DNA of 64,000 nt from Eledone cirrhosa (Eukaryota). Location of the stretch: positions 8,804,001 to 8,868,000 of the forward strand of contig OZ024758.1 of NCBI GenBank assembly GCA_964016885.1, given 5' to 3'. A program made the translations under genes and the position numbers. The notes under the pieces were generated by a model. It had not been told where the DNA came from and did no database searches. It saw only the letters and a program-made list of their open reading frames with translations. Positions 43,819-57,072 of the stretch are shown in pieces (within the stretch, counting starts at the first letter, position 1; each line of letters begins with the position of its first letter).

Positions 43819-44060
43819 AACAACAACTACTACAACAACAACTACTATAACAACTACTACAACGGCAACTACAACAACAACAACTACAACAACTACTACA
43901 ACAACTACAACAACAACAACTACAACAACTACAACAACTACAACAACAACAACTACTACAACAACTACAACAACAACAACTACTACCACAACAACAACAA
44001 CAACTACTATAACAACTACTACAACAGCAACTACAACGGCAATAACAATGAGAACAATAA
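43819..44060. repeat. (ACA/ACT)n tract
   Basis: Direct reading. Confidence 0.9.
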
Positions 44061-44204
44061 CTTGTTTATCAAAACAAAAAACAACTGAAGTTAATGACAA
44101 TTGACACATTTAATCAATATTTTCCTATATTTTCGATTGTATAATCTTGTAGGTAAGTTCTTTGAACACCTCTTTTGGTTTCAGGACATAAATCACCTCT
44201 ATAG

Positions 44205-44325
44205 CATTGGCTGAGCTGGTCAACCACAGGTGCGAGCCTCGGCGAGATGGAATGGCTCTTCCAGCGCATCTCTCTTACCATCCTCCGAGGAAACGCCTTC
44301 CCCATGATTTCCGCCGGGGCTGTGG
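44205..44325 (+). mobile_element. CRE/NeSL-like RLE non-LTR C-terminal fragment
   Basis: EMEWLFQRISLTILRGNA matches the QRxSxxxxRGNA motif. Confidence 0.65.
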
Positions 44326-44751
44326 GGAGGCCAGCACGTGGGACCCCATTTGCTCATAATACGGAGAGATGGGGAGGGCGAGAGAGATGGGGGCGATGAC
44401 AGTGGGAGTTCGGCTCTTCTGTGTTCGGACACATTGGTAAGCACTTGGAATTTGGTTTGTTTCTGGTTGCCCTTCAACTGGTGACTAGCAAAGTTAGCTC
44501 TTGTGTGCCACGGCCAGTCCTTGACCACTTGTTTACTACACTAAAATAGTTGGTCTCAAGAGTAAACGGTGGACCAAGCACTGGTAAGAGAAACAAATAA
44601 GGGCCTCTTCATAGTTGATGACCTGTTCCCTGTCCAGGAAATATTGTAAAGATCTAAAGATGTAATAACCTAATGAAGTAAGGTGTGGTGACGAGGAAAA
44701 CTGAGACAATCCTGCATATTTAGAGCCAGAATCGATTTCTGGGTACATCTT

Positions 44752-45014
44752 ACAAGTGGTCCTGTGTTACCGTATTACCTTTCCAATTGACCAGTGAAGT
44801 TCACTTTAGACAAGTGGTCCTATGTTACCGTGTTACCTTTCCAATTGACCAGTGAAGTTCACTTTAGACAAGTGCTCCTGTGTACAACACGAATTGACCA
44901 GTGAAATTCACTTTAGACAAGTGCTCCTGTGTACAACACGAATTGACCAGTGAAATTCACTTTAGACAAGTGCTCCTGTGTACAACACGAATTGACCAGT
45001 GAAATTCACTTTAG
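44752..45014. repeat. Tandem repeat: 2 x 58-bp then 3 x 49-bp units
   Basis: Shared aattgaccagtgaaRttcactttagacaagtg. Confidence 0.9.
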
Positions 45015-45209
45015 TAAAAATAGCTGATACAATGATTCCAATTGACAACAATATCTCTGTATATTGAACATTTCGCAACAGATTATCACTTCAGGATAAA
45101 CAACATCCTTCAGTTTTCACCAAACAGAAAGTCTTACCTTCTCGAGACACAGTCCTGGTGTTAGTTTGGAAGAGAGTCGTAACCATTGCCTGCTTCACTG
45201 AAGGTCATA

Positions 45210-45390
45210 TACAAAGGTCGACTAAAAAGTTCATAGACAGACCAAGATACTCTCATGGAATGACCAAATGAGGTTTATTTTTCAGTATAGTCCCTGGAAA
45301 GAAACAATGTGGTTATTATTTTAAAGAGTTGAAATTAATGCATGCAAGATTTCACAACTCTAACATCATTCCTTCAATCGACCGATTTCC
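45210..45390. mobile_element. Mariner-type MITE copy (reverse orientation)
   Basis: aaaagttcatagacagaccaagatactctcatgg…. Confidence 0.75.
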
Positions 45391-45457
45391 GTACATTGAC
45401 AGACTCTCGCGACATCGTCGGATCATATTTGTTATTGCTAGTACTGTAGAGTTAGTG

Positions 45458-45504
<47 letters not shown>

Positions 45505-45683
45505 AGTAGTAGTAGTAGTGGTAGTAGTAGTAGTATTAGTAGTAGTAGTAGTAGTAGTAGGGGGGTGGAGGAGGAAGTCCGGGTCAGAGGAGGCGGGAAA
45601 GAAGTTTATTACGAAGCAAACTGAAAATCAGAAAATTCAATTAGAGGGATAATTGGAAATTATCAATGACTAATTAGTTCAAT

Positions 45684-45715
<32 letters not shown>

Positions 45716-46064
45716 CTGTTTGATATAGCAATGGAGCGTGGTTGTGGTCTGCAACATAGAATAGTCTATATGATAAAGTAAATAGTCATAATAATTTCTA
45801 GTTTAGGCACAAGGCTTTTCTGAACTATTATTTATAGCAATTCACTATTTTTACAGTTATGTTCTGCGTTTGGGACTCTCACATTTACAAACTTCAAACA
45901 CTCCCAGTTCTAAGATAATTCATTATATCATTGACTCTAGAATGTAATTTAACAAGACTTTTCTTAACTATTATCTATAGTAATCGGCAGTTGTTGCTGT
46001 TGATTTCTGCACGTGGGACTGACACATTTTCAAATTTCTTTTAAATATCGTTTTTTTTTTACTA

Positions 46065-46241
46065 CCGCTGAAAAGTTCATAGGCTGACCAAGAGACTCTC
46101 ATGGAATGACCAAATGAGGTTTATTTTTCAACATAGTCCCTAGAAAGAAACAACGCAGTTGAAATTAACGTATGCAAGATTTCATAGCTCTAGCATCACT
46201 CCTTCATAGTCAGCCTTTGAACTTTTCAGCCGACCCTAGTA
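46065..46241. mobile_element. Mariner-type MITE copy (reverse orientation)
   Basis: gctgaaaagttcataggct…gaacttttcagccgaccctagta. Confidence 0.85.
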
Positions 46242-46272
46242 TTTAATGGACACTAAATTATATTTAAGAAAT

Positions 46273-46459
46273 AATTGTTTCTACTTTAGGCACAAGGCCA
46301 GCAATCACCCAGTGCATTACTGGTACTTTATTTTATCGACCCCGTAAGGATGAAAGGCAAAGTCAACCTCGGCGGGATTTGAACTCAGATCGTAAAGGGA
46401 CGTAACTATGCTGGAAAGCATGGCGTCCGACTCTCTACCGATACTGCCAATCCACCGCC
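46273..46459 (-). mobile_element. Meta-domain SINE, full length, with TSD
   Basis: Flanked by the direct repeat ttaagaaataat. Confidence 0.93.
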
Positions 46460-46489
46460 CTATTTGTTAAGAAATAATGTGGGATACAC

Positions 46490-46900
46490 GTGGAGTTTTA
46501 TAGCAGTCTCAGATATTTTAGATCAGTGTTAATACTTTTCTCGGCCAACATGTGACAAATATTACTACCTAAATGTCTCTGGCAGTGGGTTTCACAACAT
46601 CTAACAGTCTGGTAGAGTTTATATGGTATTGGAATAGTAAATGACCAACTATAGATCCCTATGGAACTTTATGATTGACATATTTCTTCGGTGAATGAAA
46701 ACCCTGCTCAGAGCCAGACTGTCAGTGCAATGACATGAACGGTCCAAGCTATGAATTAGTAAGATCACGAACATTCTAGAATATGAAGATAACAGCGTCT
46801 TGTGTTTACTGAAGATCAATAAACATCACGCAAACACTGACCAGAGTCAAGAGATTTGGAAATATCTTCATCTGCGTTGGTGAAAGTTTCGATAATCAAG
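46490..46900 (-). mobile_element. Highly degraded CR1/L2-type RT remnant
   Basis: Minus strand VP*GSIVGHLLFQYHIN at ~46615-46670 resembles GVPQGSILGPLLFxIYIND; extent uncertain. Confidence 0.5.
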
Positions 46901-47570
46901 TGATGCTTGTACAAACCTAAGAAGAATATTAACAACTGAAAACACCCAGAAATATATATTTGGGGTGAATACATAAGTTTCTTTAATTGGTTTTAGATTA
47001 AAAAGAAGTGGAAAAGGATATTCTTCCTTTAGCACTATGATATCACCGAAGACGGGTCTTTTTATTCGCTTCTGTCCACATTCTTGACAAATAAATCCAG
47101 TTAATTACATCTATAGACTACCCTGACTACAATTAAAACGTGTAAGGGAGAAAACTTTCCTACTGGAATGTGAAGAAAAGATTGTGAGTGAGATACGTTA
47201 AGAGTCTTAATTGTTACTTTGAAGAAAGAAATGTTATAATGTAAAATAGCTTTACTGTTTCTACAACTGAGAACAGAAAGTTAATAAATATATGTAATAT
47301 ATATAAATATATATAATATATATAAATATATAATATATATAATATATATAAATATATAATATATATAATATATATAAATATATAATATATATAATATATA
47401 TAAATATATAATATATATAATATATATAATATATATAAATATATAATATATATAAATATATAATATATATAATATATATAAATATATAATATATTATATA
47501 TATATAATATATATAAATATATAATATATATATAATATATATATAATATATATAAATATATAATATATAT

Positions 47571-47752
47571 AATTGTTTCTACTTTAGGCACAAGGCCAGC
47601 AATTACCCAGTACAATACTGGTACTTTATTTTATCGACCCCGTAAGGATGAAAGGCAAAGTTAACCTCGGCGGGATTTGAACTCAAACCGTAAAGAGACG
47701 TAACTATGCTAGAAAGCATGGCGTCCAACCCTCTACCGATACTGCCAATTCA
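47571..47752 (-). mobile_element. Meta-domain SINE (first of a tandem pair)
   Basis: Matches the family. Confidence 0.92.
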
Positions 47753-47766
47753 TATATAATATATAT

Positions 47767-47949
47767 AATTGTTTCTACTTTAGGCACAAGGCCAGCAATT
47801 ACCCAGTGTATTACTGGTACTTTATTTTATCGACCCCGTAAGGATGAAAGGCAAAGTCAACCTCGGCGGGATTTGAACTCAGATCGTAAAGGGACGTAAC
47901 TATGCTGGAAAGCATGGCGTCCGACTCTCTACCGATACTGCCAATCCAC
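47767..47949 (-). mobile_element. Meta-domain SINE (second of a tandem pair)
   Basis: Matches the family. Confidence 0.92.
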
Positions 47950-48368
47950 AATATATATAATATATATCCGGCTGGAACTCTACTGGTAGAGCAGCGCCGT
48001 CAGTCAGGCCTGTCTGAGATACACACATACAGCAGCCAATTCGTTCTACGATTGAATTTCCAGAATGTATTAACGTGGAATTGACAAGCTGCATCGATTC
48101 ATCCAGAGCTTAACTAAATAAAATATTTCGTATGTCAGTGAATAAGGATAGTGAAGATGTCCTTAAACATGATATTTTCACGCTGCTCCTTTTGCCAGGA
48201 GTTGCGATCGGTAGATAGTATCAGTAATGGAAAGACCAATGGAAACATTGTTACCTTGGTCCGATTTGACGAGCTACACACCACTCGGCAAGCGAGTGAA
48301 GTCTGGGTTCTTGTCGATCCTACTATATAGAAATGGGAGTAGTGATAAACTTGAGTGTCATAGAAGAT

Positions 48369-48425
48369 TTAGGGTTAGGGTTAGGGTTAGGGTTAGGGTT
48401 AGGGTTAAGGTTAGGGTTAGGGTTA
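48369..48425 (+). repeat. Interstitial telomeric (TTAGGG)n, ~9 units
   Basis: Direct reading. Confidence 0.93.
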
Positions 48426-48519
48426 GAGCGGGATTTGAACTCCTAACCAGAACAAATGCTGAGGTATTTTTAATCTGTCACCTTAACGACTCTACCAAAT
48501 CTCTACCTTATGCATTTGT

Positions 48520-48831
48520 CTAGTCCCCTAACTCCTAACGGAGTCGTAGGGGCACCGTATTCACATATGGAGATTTTAGGGCATTTTTAAAACCTGGCAG
48601 AGCCCATCTCCTCTCCAGGTCTGAGTACAGTAAATTTCTTCCAGGGAAGGAGAGTGAGCAAGAGATATAGAGGAAGAATCGATTCCAGTACTTGACTGAT
48701 ACTTTTTTTTATCGATCTTGAATGGATGAAAGGCAATGTTGAGCTCGGCGGGATTTGAACTCAGAGAGTAGAGAAATAAATACCGCAAGGTACTCTATCC
48801 GATGTTCCAACGACTCTGCCAATTCGCCGCC
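48520..48831 (-). mobile_element. Meta-domain SINE, long-tail subfamily (~310 bp)
   Basis: tRNA-like head and Meta core with a distinct 3' tail shared with 23728-23900. Confidence 0.85.
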
Positions 48832-48841
48832 TATTATGTAT

Positions 48842-49023
48842 GATTGGCTGTATCGGTAGAGAGTCGGACGCCATGCTTTCCAGCATAGAGTTACGGCCCT
48901 TTACGGTCTGAGTTCAAATCCCGCCGAGGTTAACTTTGCCTTTCATCCTTACGGGGTCGATAAAATAAAGTACCAGTAATGCACTGGGTAATTGCTGGCC
49001 TTGTGCCAATAGTAGAAACAATT
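48842..49023 (+). mobile_element. Meta-domain SINE, head-to-head with the previous copy
   Basis: Matches the family. Confidence 0.92.
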
Positions 49024-49161
49024 GTGTATGTGTAGTTAAAAGTAAGAAGGAGTAGATGGAAAAGACGTAAGATATAAAACTGAATGTTGAGGTATATTAG
49101 AATTGATAGAGACTGTGTCAGAGAAGAAGAGAGAGTGATTGTTATTTAGATTTGGGGGTGA

Positions 49162-49440
49162 AGGTGTGTGGCTCAGTGGTTAGAGTTTTCGGCTCACTAT
49201 CGTACGATCATGAGTTCGATTCCCAGCGACGTTCTTGAGCAAGACAAGTTATTTCCCGTTGCTCCAGTCCACTCGGCTGAACCTGTAATTCAAAGGGCCA
49301 GCTTTCTCACACTGAGTCTCCCTGAGAATTGCGTTATACGTGTCTATGGAATGCTCAGCCACTTACACATTAATTTCAGAAGCAGGTTGTTCCGCTGATT
49401 AAACACCCGTAAAACTCCTCGTTGAAACCGACCGAGGCCC
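49162..49440 (+). mobile_element. tRNA-derived SINE (second family)
   Basis: A box TGGCTCAGTGG and B box GAGTTCGATTCC, followed by cttgagcaagac. Confidence 0.8.
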
Positions 49441-50342
49441 ATTCTAATCTAGCAGATCTATGATCAAAGATATTCCAGCTGTGACCATCACGTCTTTTAA
49501 GCGTTATGTAGGACTATATCCCGGAGAGGAGATGATCTCCACCAGGTTTTAAAATACCCTAGAATCGCCATATGTCAATACGGCATCCCTACGACTGCCT
49601 CGGGAGTTACGAGACAAAAGAAAAAAGGACTATATCATCCAATGTGTCTTTTTTTAACTCTTTTTTAAGTGTAATTTGAAGGAGATTTGTCTACTATTTC
49701 TAGCATGCTAAGCATCCACGAGTATGTAGATACCCACACTTTAGCTCAACAGCTGTGTGTGTGTTTGTTCAGAAAGTGTTGTGCCTATTAAAATACGTTC
49801 TCCGAAAGAGAGCTTCACATTTAACACCTCCAGTTTAACAATAAATTCCCTGTCGATATTTAGAAAACACCTGCTATTCATTAAGTGATTCACTGAAGAC
49901 TTTCGTCTTTATTCTGTGTAACTTGGTCATGTCGAGTTAGAAGTCTTTCTTCAGACTAAATCTATGTTAGTATTTCAACTGAGCTAACCATGTTTATGTT
50001 CTATATTTTATTTTAAGAACATTCACATCGGTGGATATGTGTGTTGCTATAGTATTTCGTATGTCAGTGAACAAATGCTGAGGAGGTATTTCATCCTTAT
50101 GGGATTGATAAAATAAAGTACCAGTCATGCACTGAGCTAGATTTAATCAACTTTCCCCTCTCACCAAATTGTTGACCTTGTGTCTAAAGTAGAAACAATT
50201 ATTATTGTTTTTGTTGTCGTTGTCCGAAAAATTTGACCAAACGTGTTGTGGTGTTCTCGGGTGGGTGTTTATTTTTGTTGGATTTCGTTAACAATTGCTA
50301 AGAGAAGCATTTGGGGGAAGTTTTAATAATATTGATATATTA

Positions 50343-50383
<41 letters not shown>

Positions 50384-50409
50384 TATTATACATTTAATAT
50401 ATATATATT

Positions 50410-50440
<31 letters not shown>

Positions 50441-50473
50441 AATATATATATATATAAATATATAAATATATAT

Positions 50474-50518
<45 letters not shown>

Positions 50519-51092
50519 TTTATATATATATATATAAATATTTATATATATATAAATATATATATAAATATAAATATATATATAAATATATATATAAATA
50601 TAAATATATATATAAATATATATATATACATATATACAAGTGGAAGCTTAGTAAAATCGAAGCTTTGGCCACGGCCAAGCAAAGTCGACCTACAATAAGG
50701 AATGAGTGGCAAAGCACTCAATAAGGGTAGGTCCTCAGAGTAATAACATACGTTCAGACAGCTTGACAAATTGAAAATTGCGGCAGGCAAAAACCCAGCC
50801 ATACGATACCAAAACAACGAAAAAAACTAATTAGGTTAGACAATAGATATATATATAATAGATATATATTATATATGTATTCATATTCATCATCGTTTAA
50901 TGTCTATCTTCCACGCTAGCATGGGTAGGACTGGCTGTCCCATTAGTGAGGGTCAGGTCGGGAGACCGTGATTCGCTCACAAAGCGAATGTATATATTAC
51001 ATATATAATATATAATATATATATATAATATAATATAATATATATATAATATATATAATATAATATATATAATATGATATAATATATGAAAG

Positions 51093-51128
<36 letters not shown>

Positions 51129-51130
<2 letters not shown>

Positions 51131-51171
51131 GTTTCGAACATACGTATATCTATCTCTTTGGTCCTTATCAG
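51129..51171 (-). ncRNA. Degenerate hammerhead motif running into (TA)n
   Basis: Minus strand CTGATAA-GGAC…GTTC-GAAA-CTA then TATATA; G8A change in the core. Confidence 0.4.
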
Positions 51172-52429
51172 ACCAATTTTCCAAGGAAACAATGAAGAAG
51201 GAAGAAAGACGAGGGGGAGAAGAACACGATGACAATCAAGAACAAGAATGTGATTAGAAGCGGAGAAAGTGTTCTTGGTTGCAAGTTTTATCGGAGTCGA
51301 AGAACAATGCTAGAATATTATCGGTCAGGCAATTGATATAGAAATTAGGACTCTCTCTCTCTCTCTGTCGTTTCTTCTGAAGTCATATCTGTCTTTGAGG
51401 TGTGCACACAAGATGGCTGCCGTGAGAGATATTTTAGTTCGATATCCACCTTTGGTGACAGCCGGCATGTTCTTGTAATATGCATATCCCTATACTTAGC
51501 ACCAAGAATCAACTTCAAAGAAAAGAAAGGAAAAAGAAAGAAAGAAAGAAAGATAGAACGATAGTGAGAAAGAAAGAAAGGAAGGAAATGATGTGATTTA
51601 GAAGCGTGGAAGAGAAAGTTAGATTTATTTCAAAGTTGTACATACGTATATCGTTATCGAAGGAACTTCACTAGAAAGATTTTCGCTAGGCACTAATATC
51701 GACACCAAAATAAAAGCGAAGAATTTTGGCGCCAGTCTTCACACTTGACGTGTGGGAAATTTAGTGTCCTCTTGAGTGGAAGATTAATTACTCGCACGCA
51801 CACACAAATTCCAACACTAACACACACACACGAGTGCGCATGCGTGTGTGATAATTTCTTTTGACGAGACACACTGCCCAGTTTTTGTTGGAGAGAGGTG
51901 TTACCGATTGAATCTAATCACATCGTATTACTGGTACTTACTCGAGCCAATAAGAGAACTTCTCGCGCTTGCTCATCCTGCTAGAAATAGCAGCCAAATC
52001 TCCCACAACCGTCAGAAGAAAACACACATTGATCTCAGGCTAAACAACAACTCGAAGTTAAATCAATGTTGATAGTTAAAAAATTAACAACCATGGAGTT
52101 GAGTATGTGTGACTCCTCCACCTCCAACTAATTTATCCTCCACCTCTTGGTCCCTGACGACAGGATGGAGAATATATTGCATCCACATTGTCGCTGATTT
52201 CCCATGGAATCAGATTTGGTGCTGTCGTTAACGACTTTCAGTTTCCATCACCATTTTTTATTGTAGTAAGGAGTCGATGTGCTTGATCGCTGGTTTTTAG
52301 GATTGAGTATGAGATGGCTTCCTTCGTTATTTCGGAAACCGTCGCCCTGCTGCTCTAGAAACTCGGATTGTTGTTGTTATTGTGCTTCTGTAATTCTACA
52401 TGACTTTCTTTTCTTTCTAACTTCTGTTC

Positions 52430-52630
52430 TTCTTGGAAAATCCCTTCAAATGACTATAGTTTCTACAAGTGTAACAACTGGGCTTTTTACCCTACACTGC
52501 CAGTTTCTTACTTTTCGTTTTTGCTCTTATAACAACAGATTCAGCATGGTCCTTCGTCTTTCGGGTGTCATTGGAACTTGTAAGTCCATTCTAAGCCTCT
52601 TCACTACATATCACTCTTTGTTAATCCTAC
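52430..52630 (-). mobile_element. Degenerate LINE ORF1/gag-like zinc-knuckle remnant
   Basis: Minus strand GKKPSCYTCRNYSHLK (CX2CX4H, last Cys lost). Confidence 0.4.
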
Positions 52631-52847
52631 ATTAACCATTTATATTGTGGTGCATATGTGACAAGCCAAAGGTCAATGACATGACATTGCCGAAACCTCT
52701 GACCACTACCCTTATTTTTCCCTGCTTCAAATGCTGGGGGACAAGTGTAAGTGTGGATATGTGTTTCACGATTTCTGTTATGGGGCTGTTTTCTCTTTTA
52801 AAATTGAAATGCAATGTCTAATGCGTTCTGTCAAAGGAGAGGACCCG

Positions 52848-52878
<31 letters not shown>

Positions 52879-54169
52879 TTTGTTCTTTTTTGAAGGAATA
52901 TAAAAAAAAACCTCTCCATTTTTTAGGAGACAAATATAAGTAATGACTCCTTTGCTTCTTCTCTGTAGTTTTGGCCTGAATGTTACATTTCGAAACAAGC
53001 TTACGGGGGTCAGCGGAAAAGTTCATTGGCTGACCAAGATACTCTCATGGTCCCTAATAGAGTTAGGGCCAATCAAGAGACCCCTACAGATCCAGGATTG
53101 CTCTGACAACCTAGAGCAAATTTTCTCTCTTACCTGTCATTTTTGGGTAGCCTTTTTCCAATCCCTTTTTGACCACCTTGTCCATAATCTCATCTAAGTA
53201 GAGATCCGGATTGAACCTGTAATTTAAATACTAGATGGGTCCAGAGCCGATGCTATCCACCGGCATGGACATGCTCCTCCAAGTGTCGAATTGTTCGGGT
53301 TTAATCTTTTCTCTTGTTACCACCTTGTATCCCTTTAAGACAGAACTGAGCCCTTCAACTTCAGTTAATGTGTTTCTTTAGAGCAATACCCTTCATAGCG
53401 TCTGTCCTTTAGGGGGTTGCCAACTCCTCAACCTCCAGGATATCTGTCCCTTTAGGGCAGTGTCAAGCCCTTGACCTCCGTGGTGTTTGTCTCTTTAGAA
53501 CAATACCAACCACCACACCTTCTATGATGTCTGACCCTTTAGGGCAGTGTCAAGCCCTTGTCCAATGTTCTAACAAATTGGCCAATCCACTGTTCTGTAC
53601 TTTGTTGTATCAACCTTGAAATGATGAAAAGAAATGTTGACCTCAATGGAAGTTGAACTCAGGGCACAGCAAACCAAAACAAGTACCACAAGGTATTTTG
53701 TTGGATGCTCTAACGACTCTGCCAATTCATTTTCTATTTAACATCCTAAAGTGTTTCAAAGTCTGCTGGATAGTGTAAATTATTAACCAGTTTAAAGACA
53801 GCAAAAAAAAAAGAAAAAGAAAATGTATCATCTGTCAGACTGCTTAAATATATTAAGTTTAACTGAGTAATTTAAACAAATGCTAGTCAAACTGCTCAAA
53901 ACTTCCCTAAATTGCCCTTCATTCTAAGATACAATGATGTACATATTTATCTAAAAAGCTTATATCACAATTTCATGTAAGAACTTTTGTTAAGTTATGT
54001 TCCAAACACCAGCTTAATAACAAGAGAATCAGTTATTACTAAATCACTCCAAATTCTTGAACATTTTCAAAATGTTTTGAAAATCATAGGTAGTGTGTTT
54101 CATTAGAAATATGGCAATGAAAGGGTTAATGATAATCTTAACATATCCCAAATCTGACAGAAAATTGAA

Positions 54170-54350
54170 ATGTACATTGAAGTGTTGATCCTGTCTGCTG
54201 CTCAGGACATTTGCCATGAAGTTTTAGGAGAAGTTGCAGTTAAAAAGACAGCAATGGTTCCTCTTTTGGCTAGCACCATAACTAGAGGAATTGATGAAAT
54301 GGCAGAGGACACTGAGTCACATTTATTAGAGAGGGTTAATGAGTCACTGG
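54170..54350 (+). mobile_element. hAT (Buster/Charlie, ZBED5/SCAND3-like) transposase fragment
   Basis: ILSAAQDICHEVLGEVAVKKTAMVPLLASTITRGIDEMAEDTESHLLERVNES resembles the ILPAA…PLSxxTIxRRIxxxAxD region. Confidence 0.8.
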
Positions 54351-54690
54351 TCCATGGAGAAATTGTCTTGCATCTCACCAGTCCATGGTACAAACAAGTT
54401 GGGCGACCATTGATATAGAGAATATAACTGGAACAAAATATCGTTTTAAATCAACTGAAAATAACCAAACCTAAAACAAAATCAAGTATTTAAAAGTAAT
54501 AGACATTTCTAGGAAAAGATGGAATATATTACGGCTAACTTCAATTAATTCTTTCATTTTCATTTATTAAGATTTTCTTTTGTTTTTATGAAAAAAAAAG
54601 TAAATGGAAAGACTGCAATGAACAGGAAAGAAAACCTGAGTCTTCTTCCTTTTTAACATTGGTTCAAAGATTAAAACTGTTTGTAATAAT

Positions 54691-54878
54691 AATTGTTTCT
54701 ACTTTTGGCACAAGGCCACCAATTACCCAGTGTATTACTGGTACTTTATTTTATCGACCCCGTAAGGATGAAAGGCAAAGTAAACCTCGGCGGGATTTGA
54801 ACTCAGAATGGCAAGGGACGTAACTTTATGCTCAAAGCATGGCGTCCGACCCTCTACCGATACTGCCAATTCACCGCC
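54691..54878 (-). mobile_element. Meta-domain SINE, full length
   Basis: Flanked by a tgtttgtaRtaat direct repeat. Confidence 0.92.
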
Positions 54879-55819
54879 CTTGTTTGTAGTAATAATTGTT
54901 TGTAGTAATAATGTGTGTGTGTGTGTGGCTGTGTGTGTGTGTGTAAGTCTGTTTTGTGGTTGTGAATGTGTGTTTGTGGTTGTGTGTTTACGGCTGTGTG
55001 TATGTGTGTGTGTATATATGCATATGTGTGTGTTTGTGTGGATGTAAGTGTTTACAGTTGTGTATGTGTGTGAGTGTTTACAGTTGTGTATGTGTGTGTG
55101 AGTGTTTACAGTTGTGTATGTGTGTGTGTGTGTGTGTGTTTATAGCTATGAGCCTGTGTGGGTATGAGTATGTGAGTGTTTATGGTTGTATATATATAAG
55201 TGTATGCATGTTTGTGTGTGTATATTTGTGGTTGTTTGCATGTATGTGTGTGAATGTATTTACAGTTGTGTGTGTGTGTGTGTGTGTGTGTGGAGAGAGA
55301 AGTTGGTGAGGAGACACCCAGTGGCATCTGAACTGAATTTGGTGGATGAGAGATGAGAGATCTGTGACATCTCTCAGCTAAACAAATGAGGAGACAAGAT
55401 GTTTATGTGAAGTCTTTGGTTTATTTTCTTCTGTACAGAAATGGACATTTGATGTGTTGAATGAATGCAATGTACAGCAGAGGAGGTCTGCTGTATGAGT
55501 TAGTCAATGAAAGGGGAGGATAGAGGGGAGGGGGCTGCAGTTATGAATCAGTTAGTTAAAGCACCACCAAAACAAAATGTATGGATGTGATTGAGACAGT
55601 CAGTAGATGAAAATATGATGGATGTAAGGTTGTGAGCCAGCTGAGTGCTGGTAAATGTATTGTTGTGAGACAGGTTGTAGAGTAAAATAGGATGACTGTA
55701 TGGTTGTGTAGTCACAGTATGGAAATGGTATGGTCGTCAGTAGACCATAACAAATTGGATGTGGTGTGATTGTAAATCAATAAACCATAATAATATGAAC
55801 AGATGTGATGTGATTTTGA

Positions 55820-56070
55820 ATCAGTAGACCATAACATGGTACCATGATATTGGTGTTGTGAAACAGACCATAACATGGTACAGTGATATTGGTGTTGTGA
55901 ATCAGTAGACCATAACATGGTACAGTGATATTGGTGTTGTGAATCAGTAGACCATAACATGGTACCATGATATTGGTGTTGTGAAACAGACCATAACATG
56001 GTACAGTGATATTGGTGTTGTGAAACAGAGACCATACCTGGTACCATGATATTGGTGTTGTTGTGAATCA
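55820..56070. repeat. ~39-43-bp tandem repeat
   Basis: agaccataacatggtacMRtgatattggtgttgtgaa. Confidence 0.9.
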
Positions 56071-56546
56071 AGGGAAGATAACAGGTATATGTAGTTGTGA
56101 GATGGCAAAACATGGCAGATGTGTGATGGTAAATCAGTCAACCAAAACACAATATAGATATGTGTGAGTCAGTAGTTTCTATAAGAGTGTGATGATAAAT
56201 CAGTGGAAACACTGAAATATGTCACAACATTGCAATAAGTGAAGCAGGGTCTTAGAAGGTGATGTGTGAGGTGTTTAAAAACCTCTCTGTATGCTTTGGT
56301 TGATATATTCTTCTAACAATGTGTCAACTTGATCACTATCTGTGTTTACATCAATCTCTATGTTCTGAAAAAGAAAAAGAAAAAGATTTAGAAGATTACA
56401 CCAATTTATTTTGATTTTTGTTTTTTCAAAATGGTATTTATTTTACTGGAATGGGTTGTTTTAAGGGGACAATTACAAGGCATAAGTTTAAAATATCATT
56501 GTATAGTGAATACTGTAGAGTAGTTTTACAATTTTAACAATTTCAG

Positions 56547-56812
56547 ATCATCATCATCATCATTTTACATTTGCTTTTCTATGCTTGCATGGGTTGGATG
56601 AGTCCTTTCTAGCACAACCTCCCTCCACTCATAACATCTTTTCATCTCTACTGTGAGGTTCAATATATTTGAAGATCAGCTCCAACCAATACTGCTCAGT
56701 CATCCTCTACTGCAGCTTCTTTCCAGGCATCTCATGACACTTCTTCACCCAACAACCATCATCCACATCACATGACCAAACCAGTGCAGTCTTCTCTCTT
56801 TCACACTACATC
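56547..56812 (-). mobile_element. RTE LINE 3' remnant with (GAT)n tail
   Basis: Minus strand RCSVKERRLHWFGHVM…CWVKKC. Confidence 0.75.
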
Positions 56813-56833
56813 TCATTTCTCTCTCAGTTCATT

Positions 56834-57072
56834 GACAACAGCAGCAATGATGACAACAGCAGCAATGAGATACTGACAATGACAACAGCAGCAATGAGAT
56901 ACTGCCAATGACAACAGCAGCAATGAGATACTGCCAATGACAACAGCAGCAATGAGATACTGACAATGACAACAGCAGCAATGAGAGACTGACAATGACA
57001 ACAGCAGCAATGAGAGACTGACAACAGCAGCAATGAGATACTGACAATGACAACAGCAGCAATGAGATACTG
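56834..57072. repeat. 29-bp tandem repeat
   Basis: gacaacagcagcaatgagatactgacaat. Confidence 0.92.

Noticed and set aside
48369-48425. True telomere
   Set aside because: Only ~9 units, with ordinary sequence on both sides.
49162-49240. tRNA genes (also 17850-17900 and 63100-63179)
   Set aside because: A/B boxes are present but there is no closed cloverleaf; these are SINE heads or repeat-derived.
50655-50695. Hammerhead on the minus strand (ggcc-gt-ggcc-aaagctt)
   Set aside because: The 5' core and the G of GAAA are missing; too degenerate to call.
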